From contig JBDRRP010000112.1 of NCBI GenBank assembly GCA_043825735.1, positions 61,236-81,235 on the forward strand: a stretch of DNA of 20,000 bases. Reading direction: 5' to 3'. Within the stretch, counting starts at the first letter, position 1. Each line of letters begins with the position of its first letter. Both the position numbers and the translations under genes were made by a program. The stretch comes from Pseudomonadota bacterium. GTDB lineage: Bacteria > Desulfobacterota > Desulfobacteria > Desulfobacterales > JBDRRP01. Of the stretch, positions 1-8,200 are shown piece by piece. The notes under the pieces are model-generated. The model did not search any database. It was not told the origin of the DNA and saw nothing but the letters and a program-made list of their open reading frames with translations.

Positions 1-448
1 GGTTCTGCAACTCCCCTGAAAGCATGTGGTCTTTAAGCCGCCGGGATTGATCCCGGAGCTCTTTGAGTTCGATGGCCCTCCTGACCCCGGACACCAGCCG
101 GATTTTCTCCACGGGTTTTACCATGTAATCAAGAGCGCCTTTCTTAATACACCTGACGGCCGTATCCACTTCATCCATGGCCGTTACAACGATTACGGGG
201 ATCTCGGGAAAACGCTCTGCGACAACCGCCAGGATCTCCTCTCCTGAGACAAAGGGCATGGTTAGATCGAGGAGGATCGCGTCGTAAGGGTGTTTTGAAA
301 GAAGATGAACCACTTCCCGGCTGTCTTGGCACTCCTCGATATTGCCGATTTCGTTCATGCGCAGGGTTAGGGAAAAACTCCGGAGGGATTCCTTTTCATC
401 ATCCACAATCAGGATGGGGTTGGCAGGAAACGATGACGGTGTATTCAT
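1..448 (-). CDS. Response regulator, N-terminal receiver domain, probably an NtrC-family sigma54-dependent activator; truncated by the window edge and absent from the ORF track
   Basis: My translation from ATG 448: MNTPSSFPANPILIVDDEKESLRSFSLTLRMNEIGNIEECQDSREVVHLLSKHPYDAILLDLTMPFVSGEEILAVVAERFPEIPVIVVTAMDEVDTAVRCIKKGALDYMVKPVEKIRLVSGVRRAIELKELRDQSRRLKDHMLSGELQN. The frame is open to position 1. REC motifs are intact (DD, phospho-Asp in LLDLTMP, TA, KP). ATGA overlap with the stop of the 445..2106 gene. The AAA+ domain would lie outside the window, so NtrC-like is inferred from the linker style. Confidence 0.88.
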   Translation of the reverse strand, partial: MNTPSSFPANPILIVDDEKESLRSFSLTLRMNEIGNIEECQDSREVVHLLSKHPYDAILLDLTMPFVSGEEILAVVAERFPEIPVIVVTAMDEVDTAVRCIKKGALDYMVKPVEKIRLVSGVRRAIELKELRDQSRRLKDHMLSGELQN

Positions 449-2106
449 GAGGCGGCTCCGGTCTCTTCCGACAGGAGCGCAGGGAGTGCCACCTTGAAGG
501 TGGACCCACGCCCTTCAGCGCTTTCCACTTCCAGACGACCCCCGTGAAGGTCAACAATCTGCTTGGCGATGGCCAGCCCCAGCCCCGTCCCTCCAAAACT
601 CCTTTTTGTTGTGAAGAAAGGGTCCGTTATCCTGGGAATATTCTGTTCCGGAATTCCCATCCCCTCATCGCGGACCATGAACAGGACCTCTTTCTTGTCC
701 TCATCAAACCAGGTTTTCACGAAAACGCCGCTGTTACGAACAGACAGGGCGTCCAATGCATTTGAGATCAGGTTCAAAAACACCTGTTCGAGTTTGCCGC
801 AGTCGGCCTTGACGGCCGGCAGGCCGTCACCATAGGATATGTCGAACCGTCCGGTTTTTTCCTTGATGCGGTGCTTTAGGAAAAGACGCGTGTTCTTTAC
901 CGCTTTGTTCATATCCATCGGTATGAGGATCAGCCCGTCCCGTTTGGCGACAAAGTCCTTCAAGACACCCACAATCCTCTTGATCCGGTCGGCACTGGAG
1001 TTAATGTCTTCCACAAGTCCCGGGATCTCTTCCTTGATTGCGCTGTAGGAAAGTGCCCCTACCGGAAAGTCCCCGTTGGCTTCACAGTGGCTGTTCAGAA
1101 TCGGCAAGACAGCGCCCCAGACATCTGACAACGTGGCCGCGTTCAGTGTAATTATGTGGTTCGGGTTGTTTATCTCGTGAGCGATACCCGCCGCAACCGT
1201 GCCCAGGGAAATCAGCTTGTCCGCCTGGGCCATCTCCCGAGCCATCCTGCGCTCTTCGGTGAGATCCGCGATTCGAATGATGACATCGCCCGTCTTGCGT
1301 CCATGTTCTTCGATTGGATATAGTACAACCCGTTCAATCCTGCCGGGATCGGCAATTCCGTTTCTTTCCAATGTCAGGTGCTCGCCTCTTGATACAAGTT
1401 GTGGCAGGTTGCAGGCCTCCTTCACCTCCGGATCGGCACGACCACAGTCATGACAAAACCTTTTGTCCCGGGCGAGTCCTATGCCCATGGGCCGGTAATA
1501 GTCCGCTGCGGCCTCGTTAAACAGCTTCATGTGCATGTCCCGGTCCACAAGCATCAGGGGCTCCGATATGCCCTCAAACACCGACTCGAGCAAGGACTGC
1601 TGCGTGCGCAGTTCTTGCTCCGACTGTTTTCGCACAGCGATTTGCTCCTGAAGAGCCTGATTGCTCTTGGTCAGTTGGGCCGTTCGCGCTTCCACAATCT
1701 CTTCCAGATCACGGGTCAGGCGATACAGGTTGAGGTGCGTCTCCACACGGCTTAGGACCTCCTTGTCTTCAAAGGGCTTGGTCACATAGTCCACCCCGCC
1801 CACTTCAAAAGCACGTGTCTTGTGGTTCAACTCTCCAAGGGCGCTGATGAACAGCACGGGAATTTTACTCAGAACGGGATCGGCTTTCAACCGGCCGCAG
1901 ACCTCAAAGCCGTCCATTCCCGGCATCAGGATGTCCAACAGAATAATGTCCGGGGGTTTCCTGGCCGCAGCATTGAGAGCCGCCGCTCCTTCAGGAAAAG
2001 CTACCACCCGATACCCCTTGTGTCGCAATATCTCCTGCAGATATCTGAGATTGGCAACCGTGTCATCCACCACCATAACCGTATCCCGGGCCGTAGCATT
2101 CTTCAT
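445..2106 (-). CDS. Hybrid REC-PAS-HisKA-HATPase sensor histidine kinase (NtrB-like transmitter with N-terminal receiver)
   Basis: REC: VVDD, LLDILMPGMDG, FISA, VTKP. Coiled coil, then PAS. H-box AGIAHEINNP, N-box NLISNALDA, G1 DEGMG, F-box DPFFTT, G2 GTGLGL, all intact. ATGA overlaps at both ends (2103-2106 and 445-448). Confidence 0.95.
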   Translation of the reverse strand: MKNATARDTVMVVDDTVANLRYLQEILRHKGYRVVAFPEGAAALNAAARKPPDIILLDILMPGMDGFEVCGRLKADPVLSKIPVLFISALGELNHKTRAFEVGGVDYVTKPFEDKEVLSRVETHLNLYRLTRDLEEIVEARTAQLTKSNQALQEQIAVRKQSEQELRTQQSLLESVFEGISEPLMLVDRDMHMKLFNEAAADYYRPMGIGLARDKRFCHDCGRADPEVKEACNLPQLVSRGEHLTLERNGIADPGRIERVVLYPIEEHGRKTGDVIIRIADLTEERRMAREMAQADKLISLGTVAAGIAHEINNPNHIITLNAATLSDVWGAVLPILNSHCEANGDFPVGALSYSAIKEEIPGLVEDINSSADRIKRIVGVLKDFVAKRDGLILIPMDMNKAVKNTRLFLKHRIKEKTGRFDISYGDGLPAVKADCGKLEQVFLNLISNALDALSVRNSGVFVKTWFDEDKKEVLFMVRDEGMGIPEQNIPRITDPFFTTKRSFGGTGLGLAIAKQIVDLHGGRLEVESAEGRGSTFKVALPALLSEETGAAS

Positions 2107-5051
2107 CCGGCGCCCCCCCCTTTCGCAGCAAGCAGCGCGTTGAGGCGAGGGTAGTCGAATACATCGGCCAGGTGGCGCAACGTCCTTACCGATTCCGGAT
2201 GGGACTCGGCCGCCTGCCCGAGCAGTTCCGTGAACAGATCCATATCGCCTTCCTCAACCGCCTGTCTCAGCTTCGCCCGCAGCTCTTCGGGCAGATCAGA
2301 TGCTGTTTCCGTCGCGGACAAATCAGAACCATGTATCGGCTGCGCATATCCGGCTGTTATTTGGATGCGCCGCCCCCTGGACACGTCACCCTTATCGCCG
2401 GGGATGCACTGCAATTGGACATCAAAACAATAAAGGCTTCTTTTCCCCGCCCGGCTCTCGATCCTGATGTCTCCTCCCATCTTTCGTACGTATTCCCGAG
2501 CGATCACCAGCCCAAAGCCAAGTCGATCCGGTATACTGCTCCCCGCGTTGTGTGCTAAAGGGTCAAATAATCCGATCTGCAAATCCTCGGCAACCCCTGC
2601 ACTGCCGGCCTCAAACTCGAACATGATTCGAGCCGGCGCCCCGTCATCGAGAACTCCCCCAGCCGCAACTTCCTTCCATACCCGCAATGAGACTCCGCCT
2701 TGATCGGTAAATTGCAATGAGTATTCCAGCAGGTTTTCAAGGGCCAGTCTTAACTTCGGTCTGTCTCCGAAGACGGACCAGGAATGGCGTTGGTCAATCT
2801 CCACTGTCATGCCAAGCCCTTTGGCTTTAGAAAGAGGAAGAAAGGATTGCGCAACTTCCTCCAGAAGCTCGATTAAATCGAATGCTTCATTATCGATTTC
2901 CACACCACTGGCCTCGATGTCTGCCATGCTGAAAATGTTATTGAGAGCCCGAAAAAGACGCGAAGCCCCCTGGTTTACAATCTCCGCTTTTTCACGGTGC
3001 GGGTCGGCAAGCTCCGGGTCATTTGAAAGTATCCGTGAAAAACCGAGGACCGCGTTCATTGGGGTCAGCAGCTCGTGGCGGAAAGAACCCAGGAGTTTTT
3101 TCTTTACCTCATTGGATCTTTGGATAACCTCCATTTTCTTTTTGTTTTCAAGCAATATTTTCTCCTCCGTGATGTCGCGCAGGAAACTAGCAATCATTAT
3201 GCTTTTCCCGGATATCCAGGCTGTTGCTCTGACCTCTACGTCGATGATACTGCCGTCTTTTTTTCTATGCTTTGTCTCAAACATGGAATAGCCGGTTTTT
3301 ATAAATTCTTCCATATGGCGTTTCGTTTCTTCCTCGCTTTCGACGGCATCGATATCCGAGACGGTCAGGTTCAGCATTTCCTCCCTTGTATAGCCGAGCA
3401 TGGCGCAGGCGTTCTCATTGACGTCCAGTATTCTTCTGTCCGTTCCAACATACCAGTATGCTTCGGACGTGGTGTTCAATATTATATTGAACAGTTCGGA
3501 ATTATTTCTGATCTTTTCCTCAAGCTTTCTACGATAGGTGATGTCCCTTCCGACGGACTGAATTTCTTGGAGTCTTCCTTGAGAATCAAAAAGCGGTGTA
3601 TCAATCCATTCCTGCCAGTACGGATTGCCATCGGATGAAATTGCCTGGTGTTCTATCCGACTTATCCGTTGATTCCTTTCAAGGTCCTGACAATATCGTC
3701 TGATGCCGTCCTGTGCGCCTTCCGGAATGAATGTCAACCACTGCCGGCCAATCAGTTGATCGCAGGTTCTGCCGAAAAACCTGCAGTAGCTTTGATTGAC
3801 GAAGGTCAGGGTGGAGTCCGGCAGCCAGCGGCAAATCAGATCTTCCTGGCTTTCAACCAGCAGACGGTATTTTCTTTCCGCTTCTTTTAGTAAAGCTTCG
3901 ACTTTTTTCCGGTCGGTGATATCGACGAAGCTTGCCATCAGGAAGCTGGTTTCATACTCTGGATTCCGTATCACGCTCGCCGACAGCAGGGTGTAAAAGG
4001 TCGACCCGTCCCGGCGTTTAGCCTTCATTTCACCAACCCAGAAACCTTCCGATCTCAATTCCTTGATGACGCCCAAAGCCTCATCCGCATCCTCCCAGAA
4101 CGAGATAGCCGATCTGCCGAGTACGTCCTCTTTGCGTTTTTCTCCCCAAAGGTCATTAAACGCCTGATTCACATATACAAGGTTTCCATCCAGGCCAGAC
4201 ATTGCTATTGCATCTATATGGTTTTCTATTGCACGTGATTTGACCAACAGGTCCTGTTGCAGCAGTGATAAAGCGGTAACATCCTGTATAGTCCCTATCG
4301 AACGAATCACGCTGCCTGATTCGTCGGTTTCCATGATTCCAACGGCCTTGACGTGTTTTATTTTGCCGTTTCGTAACAACAGGCGATGCTCTAACCGGTA
4401 GTCCGACTGGTTTTGAACACAATCCTGATAGACCTGATGGACCCGCTCCCTGTCTTTCGGGTGCACCATGTCCATAGCAGACCGGTAGGTCCAGTTGAAC
4501 TTTTCAGGGTCGACTTCAAAAATACGACAGGTTTCATCGGAAACATAAATATGATCGTTTTTATAGTTTATCTCCCAAGTTCCTATCTCGGCGATTTTCT
4601 GGCTTAACAGCAGCCTTTGCTCGCTTGCTTCAAGCCTTTCCATTGTTGATTTTATTTCGACCAGGGCCCTCGCCACGAGGGTCAGAAACTCCAGTTCGCC
4701 ATGTTCTGATTTGTGGGCAAGGATGGCGATGGTCACAGGGACTTCGCTTCCCTCAACAGGCACAAGCGTGGACTCATCTTTCCATGTACCGGTTTCAACG
4801 GCCGCTGGAATGCCTTGATTCACGATCCTGTCGTATTCTCGGGACGTGAAAAAAGCAGACAGTGTCTTTTCGGATAGATCTTGATCGAGCGGCCAACCCA
4901 TCAGCTTTCGGCCGCTATCATTCAGGTCCATGAAACGCAGATCAGGCCGTAAGGTGGCAACAACGTCCGGTGTCGCATCAAATATTTTTTTCAGGCGTCC
5001 CAGTTCCTGTCTGGTCGCCAATTCCTCGGTGCTATCGGCTCCCTTGCGCAT
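2103..5051 (-). CDS. Soluble 5xPAS histidine-kinase-like protein with intact H-box His, degenerate HATPase domain (probable pseudokinase) and a helical C-terminal tail; no receiver domain
   Basis: Five PAS/PAC repeats (ending IQDVT, FVDIT, GRDIT, LRDIT etc.); H-box FRHELLTPMNAVLGFS; N-box NLLEYS, G1 EAGSAG, G2 RLGFGL. The ORF track starts at 5108; ATG 5051 is preferred because GGAGG lies 8 nt upstream. Confidence 0.88.
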   Translation of the reverse strand: MRKGADSTEELATRQELGRLKKIFDATPDVVATLRPDLRFMDLNDSGRKLMGWPLDQDLSEKTLSAFFTSREYDRIVNQGIPAAVETGTWKDESTLVPVEGSEVPVTIAILAHKSEHGELEFLTLVARALVEIKSTMERLEASEQRLLLSQKIAEIGTWEINYKNDHIYVSDETCRIFEVDPEKFNWTYRSAMDMVHPKDRERVHQVYQDCVQNQSDYRLEHRLLLRNGKIKHVKAVGIMETDESGSVIRSIGTIQDVTALSLLQQDLLVKSRAIENHIDAIAMSGLDGNLVYVNQAFNDLWGEKRKEDVLGRSAISFWEDADEALGVIKELRSEGFWVGEMKAKRRDGSTFYTLLSASVIRNPEYETSFLMASFVDITDRKKVEALLKEAERKYRLLVESQEDLICRWLPDSTLTFVNQSYCRFFGRTCDQLIGRQWLTFIPEGAQDGIRRYCQDLERNQRISRIEHQAISSDGNPYWQEWIDTPLFDSQGRLQEIQSVGRDITYRRKLEEKIRNNSELFNIILNTTSEAYWYVGTDRRILDVNENACAMLGYTREEMLNLTVSDIDAVESEEETKRHMEEFIKTGYSMFETKHRKKDGSIIDVEVRATAWISGKSIMIASFLRDITEEKILLENKKKMEVIQRSNEVKKKLLGSFRHELLTPMNAVLGFSRILSNDPELADPHREKAEIVNQGASRLFRALNNIFSMADIEASGVEIDNEAFDLIELLEEVAQSFLPLSKAKGLGMTVEIDQRHSWSVFGDRPKLRLALENLLEYSLQFTDQGGVSLRVWKEVAAGGVLDDGAPARIMFEFEAGSAGVAEDLQIGLFDPLAHNAGSSIPDRLGFGLVIAREYVRKMGGDIRIESRAGKRSLYCFDVQLQCIPGDKGDVSRGRRIQITAGYAQPIHGSDLSATETASDLPEELRAKLRQAVEEGDMDLFTELLGQAAESHPESVRTLRHLADVFDYPRLNALLAAKGGGAG
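2151..2294. repeat. 144-bp direct repeat, copy 1 (encodes LPEELRAKLRQAVEEGDMDLFTELL...LADVFDY tail)
   Basis: Ungapped match to 5245-5388 with 11 mismatches by my count; 2221-2294 is identical to 5315-5388 (74 bp). Confidence 0.95.
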
Positions 5052-5211
5052 GGTGGAACCCTCCATGATGTTTGATCCGGACCTGCTCTTGCCGCAACGC
5101 TTACTCATCCCCTGTTTCTATATTGCCGGCTTTGCCAAACCCCGCTCTGCCGCCCTGGATGGGCCCTAAGCCATTTTGAACCATAAGGAAGATCTCAACG
5201 TAAAGGGCTTC

Positions 5212-8200
5212 TCAGGGCGCCATCAATAGTGTAAAAAGCTTTCTGTAGTCGAATACATCGGCCAGTTTGCGCAACTTTTTCACCAGTTCCGGATGGGACT
5301 CGGTCGCCTGCTCAAGCAGTTCCGTGAACAGATCCATATCGCCTTCCTCAACCGCCTGTCTCAGCTTCGCCCGCAGCTCTTCGGGCAGCTCGAATACGGC
5401 CTCGACCGTCGGCGCGAGAGGTTTCAGGTCATTCTCCTCGTTGTACACATACCGTAATCCCAGGCAACGCCCGAGAATTTCGTATACCTCCCAATGCTGA
5501 AAAGGCTTGCGCAGGTACGCATCCACACCGGCATCGAAGATTCTCCGCTTCCCCTCTTCAAAGGCGCTGGCGGTCAGGGCGATGACGGGCGTGGCCAGGC
5601 CCTTATCGGTGTTCTTGATCCGGCGAGTGGCCTCGTATCCGTCCATATCCGGCATGCGCATATCCATCAGCACCGCATGGGGGGAAAATTCCTCGAAAAG
5701 CATGAGTGCCTCCCTGCCGTTATGGGCCTGGCGGATCTCCACCCCGATGGGCGCCAAAAGGGCCTTCAACAGCACCTGGTTATCAGCGTTGTCGTCCACC
5801 ACAAGGACCCGCACAGGCCCGGTGTCCGGCTCGAGGCCGACAACATTCCGGGGTACGGTCAAACCATTTCCAGGAGTCGCTTTTCCTCTTGGCATCAGCG
5901 CCGTGAAACGAAAACAACTGCCCCTGCCCGGTTCGCTGGCAACCCGTATCTCCCCGCCCAACAAGACTGCATACTCCCGGCTGATGGCAAGCCCCAGGCC
6001 CGATCCACCCTCTTGAACCGTGGATTCGACCTGCTCAAAAGGCTTGAAGATCTTTTCAAGGTTCTCCTCGGATATGCCGATGCCGCTGTCCTCCACCTCT
6101 ATGGTCAGCCTGACCATATCCCTTTGCTCCAAACTCTCCTCTTCACAGACGTCGCCTCGGACCCGCAAGCTGATGCCGCCGTTTTCGGTGAACTTGACGG
6201 CATTGCTCAACAGGTTCAGGAGAACCTGCTTTATTTTGGCGCTGTCGCCATACAGGAACTCCGGCAGATCACCGCCCCGCTCCACCACAAGGCGCAACCC
6301 TTTGGCCTCACTCCGGGAACGAAACATCTGCTCAAGATCCGTCAGCAGTTCGTGGATGGAAAAGTCGACGGGTTTTATCTCCAGACGCCCCGCTTCGATC
6401 CTGGAAATCTCCAGGATTTCGTTGATGATGTTCAGCAGGTCCTGGCCGCTGCGGAGGACGACCTGCACATCACTGCGCTGCCGCTCCGTGAGCAGGGGGT
6501 CCCTTGCAAGCAGTTGGGAAAAGCCGATCACCGCATTCAAGGGGGTCCTGAGTTCGTGGCTCATGTTGGATAAGAAGAGGCTTTTAGCCCTGTTGGCGGC
6601 CTCGGCCTTGTTTGCGAACGCCAAGGCCTTTTCCGTGACCGCTTGAAGTTCACTGTTAACCTTCTTCAGCTCATTCTCGGCCCGCTTGCGCTCGGTGATG
6701 TCGCTCCACGCGCCAATGATTTCTTCCGTGCCGTCGCCGGTAGTGAGCAAATCCATGCGATCATACACCCAGCACACCGTGCCGTCCTTCCTGAAGAAAC
6801 GGTACTCGTGCCCGATGTGCCCCGTTTCGAGCACCCTGGCGGTGTTGGCGAGCGCTTGTTCGCGGTCCTCCGGATGCAAGTATTCCACCCACCAGCCGGG
6901 TTTGAGCGCCTCTTCCGCGGTATATCCGATCAAGGCGCTCACGTTGGGGCTGACCCAGGTGGCCGCAAAATCCTCCGGCCGGATTGCGAAGATGACCACC
7001 GGACTGGCCGAAAGGATGTAACGCAGACGCGCTTCGCTGGCCTGCATGGCTATCTCCACTGCCCGGCGCTCGGTGATGTCCATGATAATACCAGAGGCCT
7101 TGACCTTTCGATCACCTTCCCACACCGCCTGGCCTGTAGTGCGAACCCACATGGGCCGACCCGCGGTATTGGTAAAGGAAACCTCTAATTCATACGGCTC
7201 CCCTGTGGACACGCACCGCTCAAAGGCTTTCTGCACCAGCTCGCGGGCATCAGGAGCGTAACAGGCCAGGCTCCTGGCAATATGTTCCGGCGATCCGGGT
7301 TCCAGTTCATCGGGTGTGAACCCATGGATACGGTATGTCTCATCCGTCCAGAGCATAGACTGCTTGCCTATGTCCCATTCCCAGCCGCCTATTTTGCCAA
7401 AACGTTGAGAGCTAATCAGGAGATTTTCTGTTCTCTCGAGTTCCTCGCCCATTTGTTTTTGCCTGGAGATATCCCTGAAAACCAGGACCGCGCACATTTG
7501 TCCCTGCAGCACAACAGGGGAAGTGCTGAACTGGATCCACAGGCTTTTTGGGACTTTCGTATCCCGCAGGATTTCCTTCTCCCGATCCTCTGTACTGTCA
7601 ACCTCTCCGGTCAGGACATTCGCAATCGCGTCGTTGATTTCACAATCCGGACAGTCGGCGGTGCTTCCACAACCCTCCGGCTGGTTATGGCGGCGGCAGC
7701 AGCCGATATAGTCTCGGCATCGAAGCGAACCCGGGTTGAATTCTTCAATGCCGCATATGGCGCGGGCTGCGGGGTTGTCGGAGACAATCTGCGCGTCCTG
7801 GTTGAATACCAGGATGCCCACAGGCACGGCGGACAGGATTGCCTCTAAATTGCTCTTGCTGTCGGTGAGTTCGTCATTGATCCGGTTAAGTTCTTCTTCC
7901 GCACGGGCTTTCTGAATACTCAGGGAATACATGATGCTCAGCCGTTCGATAAAAGCCAGGTCCTCGTCGCTATAGTCATCCTCCGAATTGGCAAGGGCGA
8001 TCATTCCCACCAGTTCTTCGCCATGGAGCGCGGGGACGCCCATAAAGCGCCCAATTGGAATGTGCCCCTCCGGAACGCCTGAAGAGCGATGGTCGCTCTC
8101 CGGGTGGTTGGAAACAAGGGGCCGGCGGTTGTTGAGAACCCAGCCCCACAGGCCGGTGAATCTTTCGAAAACAACGGTCTTGTCCGCAACACGGCAGCCC

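Noticed and set aside
2151..5388. Diversity-generating retroelement TR/VR pair: 7 of the 11 mismatches are A on the coding strand of copy 2
   Set aside because: Four mismatches are at non-A positions, both copies are translated parts of genes, the 74-bp identical block contains many unchanged adenines, and no reverse transcriptase is present in the window.
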